Of a stretch of DNA of 64,000 nucleotides, positions 1-10,562 are shown piece after piece. Source of the stretch: Trypanosoma brucei (taxonomy: Eukaryota). Each line of letters starts with the position of its first letter. The first letter of the stretch is position 1. The notes under the pieces are model-generated. The model saw only the letters and a list, made by a program, of their open reading frames with translations. It was not told the origin of the DNA and did not search any database. The stretch is taken from the NCBI GenBank assembly GCA_000002445.1, contig CH464491.1:2752001-2816000 (forward strand), in the 5' to 3' direction. The translations under genes were made by a program, and so were the position numbers.

Positions 1-1
1 C

Positions 2-1873
2 GCGCGGCTCCTGCAGGCAGAGCTCGAGCGTAAGGGCCGCGATGAGGAGAAGAGCAGTGTGCTCGTCACCTTGCTCAACTCGCAGCTGGAAAACACCCGC
101 GACGAGGTGAAAAGGCTGCATGAGGTGTCAAAGGGAAGACTTCATCAGTTGGAAAGCGTTCAGAGCCTTCTAGATTCAGAGAGAGAGAAGGCGAAGACTC
201 TCTATCGTGACCTTGACGTCGCTCACGCTGAGGCAACGGTGGAGCGACGGCAATTCAATCTTGAGATTGGTGTACATAAGGCGCAGGTGGAGGAACTCAC
301 AAAAGCACTTCAGCGAGCACAAGGTGAACTTGCAGATACCAAGAACGAATTCGAGGTTTATAAGAACAAGTCAATGGAACGTGAACAGGGTGACCTTCAG
401 GTGAACATCGCACTGAAAGCGGAGGTGGAGCAGGCTAAGAAGGATTTCACGAAGGTAAATGAGGACCTACGGACCGTAACCGAAGAGGCCTACACAACAA
501 AAGCTGTCTTACGCGCTGAAGTCGATAGTCTTAAGGTTCGCCTTCAGAGACTACAGGAGAATGCTGAGAGGAGCGAGCGTGAGTCCTTTGAAACAATAGC
601 AGTACTTCGAGCGAGTGAGGAAAGACTTCTGGAAGAAAAGAACTTTTCTGCGAAGAACCACGAGGAAATGACACGCTCCTTACGTGATGAGATTCGCTCT
701 GTCTGCAATGAGCGTGATGTATTTAGGGCTGAGGTGGAGAAAATAACTGCGGAGAAAGTGGAGGTTGAAAGGGACCTTTATCAGCGGCTACTTCGCATGA
801 CGGCAAACCATGATCGGCTTCACGAAGAGGTGGAGAGGCTTACGGGAACGTACTCTTCTCGTGAGAAGGAATTCATCGAGAATGCCATATTCACCAATGC
901 TGAGAAGGAAACATTGAGAGCGAAGGTTGAGGAACTGACCGCGACTCTCGAAAAGCGGAAGGAAGAGCATGCGAACCATGTACAGCAGATAACTACAGAC
1001 CTGATGGACCTCCGTGATAGACTTGAAAGGGAAATATCTAAGCAGCAGCTTCTACTCAAGGCAGAAAAAGAGCGTGCAGAAGGTGCGGAAGAGGAGGTGT
1101 CGTCGCTGAAGCGTCAGGTTTCGGGTTATGTGGCAGAGGTAGGGCTGTTGAACCGCAAACGGGAAGAAATTGAGGGAACAATGAAGGCTGAGATACGTGA
1201 CCTTCGTATGGAATTGGGTGCGGCGAAACGGACCATCGAACGGTTTGAATGTACACTCGGTGATTTCACATACAAGTCAATTCGAGAGGCAAACGATCGT
1301 CTGCTTCGCGAGGTGGAACATCAACGAGAAAAGATAGCCACACTTAACGACACTATATCTTCCATGAAGGTTGAATCGACCATTATGGAGACTTACAAGG
1401 AGAAGATGCTCTCCGAGCAGAATGAGAAATATTCTATTCATATTCAACACTTGGAGCGGTTGCGGCAGATGATAAACCCTCTTTTCTTCGAGTTGCGCTC
1501 AATTGTCGAGAAGCACGGGCTCGTTGGCCCCCTTCGGCGCGACCTAGACGCGTATGATGAGCACGTCCGCCGCTCCCGCATTGTTTTTTCCCAGCCAACG
1601 GCGAGCTCTCTGCATGTACAGGAGGAGAAAAACGCTACCAAGTCATCTCCTGCTGTTGCTAATTCTGTTGCAGCGGGGGCGGCATGTAAAGAGCCGATAG
1701 GTACGGATATGTTAGTCGGTCGGGGGTGCGATACGCTGCCAGCCGTAGCCCATCAGACAGCAGTCGAATATGAGAAACCCGAACGCATTGCTTTGGTTCC
1801 TCACAAACCTGCGACTACGCAGCAGGCAGTAGCGGAGCACGGCTATCACTATGTGTTGCCTCGTATCAGTTAA
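2..1873 (+). CDS. Coiled-coil protein, 5'-truncated. The reading frame is open from the first base of the window and only the C-terminal ~620 aa are present.
   Basis: A long + ORF with no stop from position 2 to the TAA at 1871-1873. The ORF-track M at 59 is a GTG codon, not a real start. The translation is strongly E/K/R/L/Q-rich with heptad-like periodicity (LQAELERKGRDEEK..., LRAEVDSLKVRLQRLQENAERSERE). A polyY-rich 3' flank follows. Confidence 0.75.
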   Translation, partial: ARLLQAELERKGRDEEKSSVLVTLLNSQLENTRDEVKRLHEVSKGRLHQLESVQSLLDSEREKAKTLYRDLDVAHAEATVERRQFNLEIGVHKAQVEELTKALQRAQGELADTKNEFEVYKNKSMEREQGDLQVNIALKAEVEQAKKDFTKVNEDLRTVTEEAYTTKAVLRAEVDSLKVRLQRLQENAERSERESFETIAVLRASEERLLEEKNFSAKNHEEMTRSLRDEIRSVCNERDVFRAEVEKITAEKVEVERDLYQRLLRMTANHDRLHEEVERLTGTYSSREKEFIENAIFTNAEKETLRAKVEELTATLEKRKEEHANHVQQITTDLMDLRDRLEREISKQQLLLKAEKERAEGAEEEVSSLKRQVSGYVAEVGLLNRKREEIEGTMKAEIRDLRMELGAAKRTIERFECTLGDFTYKSIREANDRLLREVEHQREKIATLNDTISSMKVESTIMETYKEKMLSEQNEKYSIHIQHLERLRQMINPLFFELRSIVEKHGLVGPLRRDLDAYDEHVRRSRIVFSQPTASSLHVQEEKNATKSSPAVANSVAAGAACKEPIGTDMLVGRGCDTLPAVAHQTAVEYEKPERIALVPHKPATTQQAVAEHGYHYVLPRIS

Positions 1874-2710
1874 TTGACTCCTCCTTTTAGTTCTCGTAGA
1901 CTGCAGGTGACGGAGTAGACTTCTATGGGTACTTGATTCTTTCACACACCGAAGTGTGTGAAAGACAGAGAGTGAAGGGACTACACAAGAATGAAAATAT
2001 TGGCACCAGAAAGTTCTTTACCCTCATGCTACTGCTCCTGTGTGTGCTTGCACGTCTTTCCTAGAAGAGAAGCAGCAAAAAGAAGAAAAGAGCAAATAAA
2101 TCAGAAAGAGCATCTGGAGAAAAAGAGGTAAAAGATTTTTTAAAAAGAGGGGAGCGGTACCGCATAGTAATTTTAGAGAGAGTAATACTGAGTTACATGT
2201 ATTTGTTTTCTTTTTTTTTTTTGCCGATTTTGTGCATACCACTTTTCCCTTTGTTTTGGTGTACTTGTAGAAAGGGACAATAAAGACGATGTCCCGCACG
2301 CGCCCTTACGCATTTTCCCAACCCCCAAGATGTCTTTTCCCCCCTGCTCACCCTCCCTTCTGTGTATGTATGTATGGAAAAAAGCTGCTTGGGGAGACTT
2401 TGAGATGCGCATGTACATGACTTTGTCTTTTTTAATCAGTCTAATTATGTACCCCCACTGTTAACTCATTACTACTACTTTCTGATGCAAAGCCAGTAGA
2501 GAATGGAGCGGAGATTTCAACGCAATGGGGGGTTCCTTGTTTTTTTTTCTTTTGTTGGAGGGGGAAGTAGGAGAAGAGACTCTGCGCCTCATTTTCAGTA
2601 CTTGTTAGTCTCTCATAAATTTTGCGAGAGACAAAACAATCCCTTCGTCAATCTAACGGCTTCCAAACATCACAGAGAGTTGTGAACGTGGCTTCTGTGT
2701 TCGTACTGCA

Positions 2711-2759
2711 CTTCATCTATTTCTGCTCCACCTTCCTTGCTCCCGATTCACATCTTTGC
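2711..2759 (+). promoter_or_regulatory. Polypyrimidine tract, a candidate trans-splicing/polyadenylation signal upstream of the 2928 CDS.
   Basis: The C/T-rich run is cttcatctatttctgctccaccttccttgctcccgattcacatctttgc. AG dinucleotides follow before the ATG. This kind of tract is the kinetoplastid signal for SL addition and for polyadenylation of the upstream mRNA. Confidence 0.45.
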
Positions 2760-2927
2760 ATGGTTGCCCACCGTTTGTGCATTGCCCCATGAACAACATT
2801 TAATCGGGTGGGAAGCCGGGCTCACTTTCAAATAAGGGGTCGGTGCGGGCGTCGCTACGAGTCCATTTGCAGCAGCACTGTAGAGTACACTAATATTAGT
2901 AAGACATTACCCTCACTGAATGTTGTG

Positions 2928-5408
2928 ATGATGGATGCGCAAACGAGTAGTCTTAGAATTGACGTGAGTGACTGTGTTCCAGTGAGCGAATACAGCACAG
3001 GAAGCCCTGACTCCGTTGGGTGGAGTCCGCACAATATTCTGCACGTGGCCACTCAGTTTGCTGTTTTCCTTCACGCGAATGAACTCACAGCCGCTGATGC
3101 TATCATTCGTCCAGTCTACTTGCCCAGGGCTGATGATGCCAGTCCCATGTGCATTAGTGGCGCCAAGTGGGCGCTGGGTCTGACGTCCGACAATATGTAT
3201 CCCTCAACATGTCGGTTATGTGTGCTGACAACACGTGACCTGTTTATTTACCGTGTTGTTCGCTATGGTAATGGTCGTGTGCGAACCAGCGCTGCTCTCT
3301 GTATAATTCCTTCTCAGCGCCCGGCGCAAACTCAAATAGGTGAAACCTCTCCAGATTTTAAGAAATCTGTGAAGAGAAGGGGACGTGACGGCTTAGAGTT
3401 GTTGCTGCGTGGTGACATCGATGAGGACTGTGGCAGTGACGATGGCGGTGGTGAGCCAGTGCGTAGGTGGGGGAACAAAACTTTCGATGTTATCGGGGAA
3501 TGCATAATAGGTTACGAATGGTTTCCACGGGATCTGCTCGTTGTTGTTACCTTTAGAAGTATTTACATCGTTGATGAACCGAACAAGGCAAATAGTGTGG
3601 ACGAAGGTAAAGAGAGCCAGCAACAGACAGAGTATTTACCACCACCCTCTTACCGTTTCACTGGAAACCCCGAAGCCAGCCTACGACCGTCATGTGCTGC
3701 GCGAGTGGTGGGCGCCAACGCCGAGAGCATGCGACTTGTTGTTGCAAGTCCTCTTTTCTTGAGGGTGTTTTCCATCTCAGTTGAAGGAGGTGTAAATCTT
3801 CTGTGCTGCGTGCAGATACCCCTGCTTGGTGGTGTCCCGGCGTCCCTATGTTGCGTTCAAGCCAGTGAGGAGAGGCCAGATATCCGTGTCCTTGTCTCCG
3901 TCCCGTTGCGTGTTATCCACGGAAATATAATTATGTCTGGGGCAGTGGGAGAACCTCACAACCGTGGGGAGGGGTTCCGTGGCGGCAGCTGTGTTGCAGC
4001 GACAGCAGAGCAAACCGCAGAATGGCAGTTGGTGAATGTGTGGGGTTGCGAAAGTGGCTTCGGCGATGACATCACGGTTTCTCGCTTCGTCACTATCTCA
4101 CTGGGTTCCTTTGCACTTCGTGGGTCGGACTTCACTACCCCCAGCAGCGTAGCCGGTGGGGGGCCCTTTGTGGTGCTGGGTGTTTGTAGGCGAAGACTCG
4201 TGGGTTTCTTTGGAAAAAGTTGTATAAATCTCATTCAGTGCTCGCGCATGGATTGCTTTGTACCGCCGGATGAGGAAGGTACAGAATTGACGGGACTAGC
4301 GTTTCATCCGTCTTGCACTTTAGCCGTCGTTGCTTTACAGACTGCTTCGCGAAGGCATCCCCCTTTTCAGCTGTTTCCCTGTCCGGTAGAGAGAAGTGGG
4401 GGATTCTTAGAACGGCTGCTTTACTTTCAGGAGGGGTTTGCGTCTGTTTTTGACGTTGAGCAAAGTCAAGCACGAGGGGTGCATGGGCCGGCGCTTGCCG
4501 GGAGGGTAAGTGCCCTCAATAATCTGCAGTGTAGACAAACATCCACTTCATACTTCATGTGGGAGAAACTTCTCCCTAGGAGTGCGCTGTCCGGCAACTT
4601 TCTGCAAGGTGATGGGCTTCGACAGTACGGCTCATGTAGGTTGCCACTAATTTCGTGTCCAGCATTACTAGATAGTTCTGACACGTCCCCTGGTCTTCTC
4701 GCGGCCTTGAGGATGACTTACCTAAACCTGCGATGCGAGTACGGCATAGAGCTATTTTTGCGGTTTCCTGAAACTAATGCGCTGTGGAGGCAAACTCTCA
4801 TTCGTCTACAGAGACTTTCAGTTGACAGTTATGTCATTACGGAACTTATTCTTGCAAACGCCATTCAGCTTCTTGCAGATAAGGTTTCGTACTCGGGTTT
4901 TCGAAGGGATGGCTTTCAAAAGTACGCACTACCCAATGACGAGTATTCGCTATCCCTCGCGTATGCAGCCGCCTTACAGTTTATAAGGTTGTATCATCAA
5001 ATGTGTGAAGAGAAGGAGGCTGACGAGATGTGGAGCCACTCCGGTGAGTTCAAGAAGCAGTTAAATAAGTTTATGGCTTGTCTCGAGAGGGAGGGAGGGG
5101 GTAATGGAATCAGCAACAAGGGACAACCTGAGCCGGATCCGCGCTTCCCGTGCTCTGTATGTGGAGAGGTGGAGAAAAACAGGCTGAGTTTATCCTTGTT
5201 CTCGAGAAACCAAAACGTACCGAAGGAAGGGGAGCAAACCACCTCCGACTGCTCTGAGGGTCATCACATAACTGCTTTCTCGGGAAGAAACTTTGCGACA
5301 CTTTGCTTTCTCTCTCAAGATGAAGTATTGAGCCAGTGCCACGCATGTTCCGTGTTTGACTACGCGGTGGGACCTTATTGTGGTGTTTGCGAAGGGCTCA
5401 TGGCGTGA
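2928..5408 (+). CDS. Hypothetical protein (~826 aa) with a Cys-cluster C-terminus (CSVCGEV...CHACSVFDYAVGPYCGVCEG), possibly a zinc-binding ribbon.
   Basis: A 2.6-kb ORF. The track start at 2808 is GTG. The first in-frame ATG is at 2928 (tandem ATG ATG). It is preceded by a polypyrimidine tract at about 2711-2759. I could see no recognisable family motifs. Confidence 0.7.
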   Translation: MMDAQTSSLRIDVSDCVPVSEYSTGSPDSVGWSPHNILHVATQFAVFLHANELTAADAIIRPVYLPRADDASPMCISGAKWALGLTSDNMYPSTCRLCVLTTRDLFIYRVVRYGNGRVRTSAALCIIPSQRPAQTQIGETSPDFKKSVKRRGRDGLELLLRGDIDEDCGSDDGGGEPVRRWGNKTFDVIGECIIGYEWFPRDLLVVVTFRSIYIVDEPNKANSVDEGKESQQQTEYLPPPSYRFTGNPEASLRPSCAARVVGANAESMRLVVASPLFLRVFSISVEGGVNLLCCVQIPLLGGVPASLCCVQASEERPDIRVLVSVPLRVIHGNIIMSGAVGEPHNRGEGFRGGSCVAATAEQTAEWQLVNVWGCESGFGDDITVSRFVTISLGSFALRGSDFTTPSSVAGGGPFVVLGVCRRRLVGFFGKSCINLIQCSRMDCFVPPDEEGTELTGLAFHPSCTLAVVALQTASRRHPPFQLFPCPVERSGGFLERLLYFQEGFASVFDVEQSQARGVHGPALAGRVSALNNLQCRQTSTSYFMWEKLLPRSALSGNFLQGDGLRQYGSCRLPLISCPALLDSSDTSPGLLAALRMTYLNLRCEYGIELFLRFPETNALWRQTLIRLQRLSVDSYVITELILANAIQLLADKVSYSGFRRDGFQKYALPNDEYSLSLAYAAALQFIRLYHQMCEEKEADEMWSHSGEFKKQLNKFMACLEREGGGNGISNKGQPEPDPRFPCSVCGEVEKNRLSLSLFSRNQNVPKEGEQTTSDCSEGHHITAFSGRNFATLCFLSQDEVLSQCHACSVFDYAVGPYCGVCEGLMA

Positions 5409-5980
5409 TCTTCACTTTTTGGCGTTTGTTTTTTCCTCCCTTTTGGTGGCGTCTCTTTCCCCCGACACGCTTTGCTTGAAGTATGTCAAACACCAAAAGC
5501 GCCCTGGCATGGCGGAAGTGGAATGAACAAAGATTGGGCGTGAGGGTTGTGTGGACTGATCTTCATAACGAACCGTTGAATTACCACTGTGGTCAAGGGA
5601 TAAAGGCTAGAAGGGTTTTGTTTTGGTGTACTTGGGTACCACTGAGAAACGCGTGCATTACATGGAGTTTTGTAACTATTTTTTTTTTGCCATATTACAT
5701 TATATACATATGTATGTGTTATCGCATATTGGTTGTGAAAGCTAGGTGACCACAAACACAAGGGATTGTTTTCCCAACATTTTTTGCGGCATCACCGTTA
5801 CCGCAGCTGTGTTGCTGCCATTTATTTTTCGTGGTTACCCTCACTTGACCACCACAGTCAACAGTCTCCTTGGCTCACCCTCCTTTGACTTGTCGTGTCG
5901 AATGTGTTCAAGCTCCAAGTATGTGTTAGTTGCCTTTCGTTTTACCATATACACACGTGCGCATATTTTGTTGTGTATAC

Positions 5981-6017
5981 ATCCCTTCATTACCCTTCTC
6001 TCTTTTCCTATCCTGTA
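5981..6017 (+). promoter_or_regulatory. Polypyrimidine tract ending in AG, a candidate splice-acceptor region for the eIF4G-like gene.
   Basis: The tract is tcccttcattacccttctctcttttcctatcctgtag. A second T10 run lies at 6304-6313, closer to the ATG at 6337. Confidence 0.4.
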
Positions 6018-6221
6018 GTTGGTAACGGGCAGCGGACGGTTGCCTTCTTTCCCTTCCCGCCGTTTGGTGAAACACAAAGTTGGTTGCCTCAAAGACTGGT
6101 ACGTTCACGCAGTTTTACAGTCAGAACGACACAAACCTGATTACACAATTCAAGCAAGCAGGTCAGAGGGCGGTCACATCATCGTTATTGTCACCAATAA
6201 CCATAACATATACACCTATCT

Positions 6222-6248
6222 ACATATATATATATATATATATATATT
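6222..6248. repeat. (TA)n microsatellite, about 13 units, in the spacer upstream of the eIF4G-like gene.
   Basis: tacatatatatatatatatatatatatattgc. Confidence 0.9.
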
Positions 6249-6336
6249 GCATTTCACTCATAGGGATAAGAAGGGAGGAAGCAACAGAGCAAGGTGATAG
6301 GATTTTTTTTTTTGAAACGGGGAGACGTGTGTAATA

Positions 6337-8430
6337 ATGCTGTTCAAACCTCGTGGTGTCACCAGCAACGATCCAAGATATGCTGGCGGGTCGCGGCTAA
6401 TGTCTGTGTCGGATCTTCTTGCGTACCGTGACACGTGGCGCGGGCGACCACCTACTGAGAGTTTTTCACTAGCCCAAATTCTACGAGATGCACGCGCAGC
6501 GGATTGTAAGCCCGTTGTGACAGAAAAACTTGTCATGTCGGAGAACGGCTTCAAGGTTAAGTCCCGTGACTCAATTGATTCGTTAGAGCGTGGCGTAAGA
6601 GCAGTGCAATCTGCCCTCAACAAACTCACTGAATGGAATTTTGACGTGGTAGTGCAGACGGTTCTCACGCCAGATATTATTATAAACAACGAAGTAGTGA
6701 AGGATGTTGTTCGCCTTATTTACGAAAAAGCCCTTATGGAGCCGGTGTTCGCTGGGCTCTACGCGCGGATGTGCTTTTCAATTGTTCGTTTTGAATATGA
6801 GTACCGTACTAAGTTTCTTCCGGGAACGTGTCAGGTTCCCAGTGCCGTGCGTGTGGCAATCGTAGAGAAATGCCAACAAATGTTTACTAACGCGGTAGAG
6901 GAATCCAAGCAAACCATGTCGGAAGAGCAGGCCGAGAGGCTGCGAAAAAGGAATGTGAACAATATCAAATTTGCTGGTGAGCTCTTTCTTAAAACACTCA
7001 TCACGCAGAAGATCATTGATCGTATTCTGAACGAAAGAATATATGAAATGGTTCCCAACGATATGGAGCTGGAGGTGATAATTAACCTCTTGGAGGTTGT
7101 TGGTAAATTATACGAAGAAAAGAATCCGGACGCACAAGAACAGCTGTGGAAAATGCTCTCTAGCATGCAGGAGAATCGGCGCTACTCCATGCGCATACGT
7201 TTTCTCCTCCAGAACCTCATTGATCGACGTAACGGTGGATGGAAACCGCGAGAACCAGAACAAGTCGTTATCGAGGATATTCAATCTCAGCAGCAACCTC
7301 AACAGCAGTCTCAACAGCAACAGCAACAACAACAACAGCAGCAATCTCAACAGCAGCCTCAACAGCAACAGCAACAAGGTCAGAAGCACTATTCCCAACA
7401 ACAACGACACCAGCAAAGTTTCCCACACCACAACCAACCTCAGTCACATGGAGGATATCACCAGCATCCGCCACCGCCGCCACCACCGCCACGTAACTCC
7501 GAATACCAACACACGCCGGGGATGAAGCGAGGTGGCAGCTATCATGAAGTTTCGAGCTCACTTGGAATGGGTGGGCGGTGTTCCCAGAGTACCAATGATC
7601 TTACACGTGGTGGATCATATAACAATATGCCACCACCGGCCCATGGTTTCTCCGACTCTCGACTCGCACCGGAGGAAAGAAAGCGGTTAAACTTTGCTCG
7701 CCCCCCTGCGCAACTGCTTGAAGAGTTTAAGAAAAATATTTTGTTTATTGTTCGCGACGCCGCCGAAGAGGGAATGGCGGATCCTGAGGGGATGAAGGTG
7801 CAGTTGAATGCCCTAGTACCGCAGGATAGTAACGCTCCGATCAGTGAAGTCAGCGTTTACGTTACTCTCATCCGTGCGCTCATGGACGCAAACGAGAGCG
7901 AACGGAAGCTGTTGCTGAGCGTTCTCCAGAAGGGTTCGTTTGAAAACCACATTCTCACCCGTGGCTTTTCGTGGGCCCTCGCCAAAATCATCTCAGACCG
8001 AGATTGCGATGACTGCCCCCGAATCTATGCTCGCTTCGCCGAGGCAGTCTGGAGCATTCCTTCATTTAACTTTCGCTGCGTTACGAAGGACATTGTGTCA
8101 CGCACTGCCATCCATTTGGGTGCACTTTCTGTAGAATACGAGAGCGAGGGCGAGTGGGAGGAGGATTTTATTGCCGTGTGGGAGAACATTGTCACAGCCA
8201 GCGAAACCGGGCGACAAGGGGAGAGTAAGCCATCTGTGGCTGACATGATGGAAAGTATAGCGCCCTCGTGTACGGTGCCATTCATGTGCAACGTCCTTCC
8301 TGACTTTGTTGCCGTGATGGTCCAGGCTCGCTTTTTCACAGAAGAAGAGCTGGGTGCGTGGCGTAATAAGAACAAGGACAACTCAAAGGTGTTCTCGTTG
8401 TTGGAAGAACTCTCAGTTATATATGCGTGA
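6337..8430 (+). CDS. eIF4G-like translation initiation factor homolog. It has a MIF4G (HEAT-repeat) domain at the N-terminus and a long poly-Q / Q-P-H-rich low-complexity linker.
   Basis: ATG at 6337. The MIF4G-type motifs are LIYEKALMEPVFAGLYARMCFSIV and NNIKFAGELFLKTLIT, which resemble the eIF4G core. The linker reads QQQPQQQSQQQQQQQQQQQSQQQPQQQQQQ followed by PPPPPPPPR. The C-terminal region is W2/MA3-like helical, but I could not match it to a family. Confidence 0.75.
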   Translation: MLFKPRGVTSNDPRYAGGSRLMSVSDLLAYRDTWRGRPPTESFSLAQILRDARAADCKPVVTEKLVMSENGFKVKSRDSIDSLERGVRAVQSALNKLTEWNFDVVVQTVLTPDIIINNEVVKDVVRLIYEKALMEPVFAGLYARMCFSIVRFEYEYRTKFLPGTCQVPSAVRVAIVEKCQQMFTNAVEESKQTMSEEQAERLRKRNVNNIKFAGELFLKTLITQKIIDRILNERIYEMVPNDMELEVIINLLEVVGKLYEEKNPDAQEQLWKMLSSMQENRRYSMRIRFLLQNLIDRRNGGWKPREPEQVVIEDIQSQQQPQQQSQQQQQQQQQQQSQQQPQQQQQQGQKHYSQQQRHQQSFPHHNQPQSHGGYHQHPPPPPPPPRNSEYQHTPGMKRGGSYHEVSSSLGMGGRCSQSTNDLTRGGSYNNMPPPAHGFSDSRLAPEERKRLNFARPPAQLLEEFKKNILFIVRDAAEEGMADPEGMKVQLNALVPQDSNAPISEVSVYVTLIRALMDANESERKLLLSVLQKGSFENHILTRGFSWALAKIISDRDCDDCPRIYARFAEAVWSIPSFNFRCVTKDIVSRTAIHLGALSVEYESEGEWEEDFIAVWENIVTASETGRQGESKPSVADMMESIAPSCTVPFMCNVLPDFVAVMVQARFFTEEELGAWRNKNKDNSKVFSLLEELSVIYA
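7289..7380 (+). repeat. Imperfect CAG/CAA trinucleotide repeat encoding a poly-Q tract inside the eIF4G-like gene.
   Basis: The run reads cagcagcaacctcaacagcagtctcaacagcaacagcaacaacaacaacagcagcaatctcaacagcagcctcaacagcaacagcaacaa. It is followed by a CCG/CCA tract at about 7460-7490 that encodes poly-Pro. Confidence 0.9.
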
Positions 8431-8865
8431 AGACGGTGCTGTGGAGGGTTGTTACCACCAACTGTACCCGCCTCAACTCTTCTTTTTATTCCCCCTCCTC
8501 TCCCTTCCCCCGCTCCCGCCTTCATGCAGTGAAAATGGTCAACTTCGCGTATGTTTTCGTGGGGCTATGGTTAGAGTTAGGGTTAGTGGAAAGAAAAAGA
8601 TGCGGGGGTTGGGGTGTTTTGTTGTTTCTACTCCCCCCCCCCTGCTACATATACGTATTTATACGTGTATGTATGTGAATATACGTAGCACTATGGTATC
8701 ATCTGTGCCACGGTGGTGAAAAGACGGAGGAGATTTCGATGACTTGGCTTTCCGCTATACACGTGCCTTACGGCATCTATCCTCTTTTTTTTTCTTGAGA
8801 GATTGTTTTCTGCCGCTCCAACTCACCGCGGCTGTGGCTGCCGATGTGAAACGGGAGGGTTAAAT

Positions 8866-9232
8866 ACGACTCGGAGAAAAATGAGAGGGAAAATGAATTG
8901 AAAAAGTAAAAAGTGGTAGGAGAAAAAACAGATGACGAAAAACAAAAGAAAGAGAGATGAAAAGAAAGCGAAACGAAAATAGCATAAAATTGTAAATGAA
9001 GCATAATTAACGAAAAGAGATGGAGAAAAGTAAAAGAGAAAGAAAAGAGGTTGTTGAGAAGGGTCGGAGCATATTCCCGAATTAATACACGTTTCTTTAC
9101 TCCTGGGGCGCGGCAAGGAAGGAGTGTGGACGAAAGGAAAAGGAAGAGGAGTAGGATGAAAAAGGAAGCTCTGAAGAAGGAAGAGAGTAGAAAGAATCAG
9201 GCCAAAGGCAAGAGTTAATCATGGCATTGTGT
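8866..9232 (+). repeat. A polypurine (GA/A-rich) low-complexity block of about 360 bp on the coding strand, within a 2.1-kb intergenic/UTR region.
   Basis: The block reads gagaaaaatgagagggaaaatgaattgaaaaagtaaaaagtggtaggagaaaaaacagatgacgaaaaacaaaagaaagagagatgaaaagaaagcgaaacgaaaa...ggaaaaggaagaggagtaggatgaaaaaggaagctctgaagaaggaagagagtagaaagaa. It contains almost no pyrimidines. Confidence 0.85.
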
Positions 9233-10355
9233 GCATGTTGTTCATGCAGTAAAACGCATTGTTCGCTCTGTTTTGTTAGTTCGTAGCTGAGTTAAGACGG
9301 AAAGCTATGGGTCGAAGGTGGTGAGATTTTTGGGGTGCGGCGTCTGGGTACACACATGTAAAACGGTGGTCTATTGTTGGATCCCCCTCCTTCCCACTTC
9401 TCTCCAAAAGCTGTTGGAAATGAGAGTTACCGGTGGCATGTCGGTGTAACGAAAAAATGAAAGAAAAGGAGAGGAGGGGGAGGGGAGGATTAGGAGGTTC
9501 AGTTGGCTTGGGAGAAGTGATGGCGGGGAACATGTAGGGTTAATCTGTAACATCTTTTTTGATTTTCTTCTCCCTTTTCTCAGCGATTTTGTCATGCCGC
9601 TCTCGGTAGTGGCGGTGGTGACAGCGACGTTCGACTGTCACCATATTTTCCGCTCACTCCCGTTGTGAAAAATTAAAGGGATTGTCCACCGCTGGTGAGA
9701 CTGTTCTTTGCACGGGGCACATTCATATCAAAATAGCGATGGCGGCACACACTTGGGTACGCAAGGCGTTCTTTGCTGTTTATGTGTGTGAACCAGGGAG
9801 GGCTTCAAGCACGTATACATATTTCTTTTCTGTAGCGTGAAGGAAACAACTCAAATTGGTGATCATTTCATGCACATTGCCGTCCTCAAAACCTTGCACT
9901 TACTCTCTCATCGCTTCGGTTTCCCTCGCGACAGTGCACTCACCCTGACACAGTGATTATTTGGATCACGTTGTGTCCTCCGTACAATGTTGTATCGTTA
10001 CCACAATGATGGTTACCGCCACTTTCTGCTTCCTTTTTCTTCCTTTTTTTTGCGGTTTTGATGATACCTGAAGTGTGTGTTTCCGTTCGCTCGGGAGTTT
10101 TTTTTTAAATTGTTGTACTTTAGGGCACAAGTGTCACACTCGTTTCTAACTTCTTTCATGTTCCCTTCTCGTACCCTCTTCCTCCTCTACGTCACCTCTT
10201 TTGTTGTTGTTGTTTTTTTTGAATGTCAGTGCTTTGGTGAAGGAATTTTGAAGGGAGTTATTTAAAATAAAGAGAAAATATAATTATTTGTCTTCCTTTT
10301 TATAATTACTGGCGTTTTCCTCTATTATACTGTGTTGTATAACATGCTGCCGTAC

Positions 10356-10397
10356 ATTTTTCTCCAGGTTTTTTTGTTTTCTTGTAATTTGTGCAGG
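10356..10397 (+). promoter_or_regulatory. Polypyrimidine tract plus AG upstream of the 10563 CDS.
   Basis: The tract is tttttctccaggtttttttgttttcttgtaatttgtgcag. Further polyY blocks lie at 10024-10058 and 10161-10220. Confidence 0.45.
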
Positions 10398-10562
10398 ACG
10401 TGGACCTCTAGGAGGGGAGCGGGAACTGTCTGTATTGACACATAGCTTAGGCACACAGCGTTTAAAAAAAAAAACGAATAACCTCGAGCTGTCCTTCCAG
10501 TTGACTTATTTTGATAAGTACATACAAATTTGTATTTATATTACTAGTTTGAGCAGGGGGAA

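Noticed and set aside
9616-9641. A perfect 8-bp inverted repeat with a 10-nt loop (GGTGACAG-cgacgttcga-CTGTCACC).
   Set aside because: It is short and isolated, with no flanking conservation or a second copy. Hairpins of this size occur by chance in 64 kb. It is noted only as context inside the long spacer.
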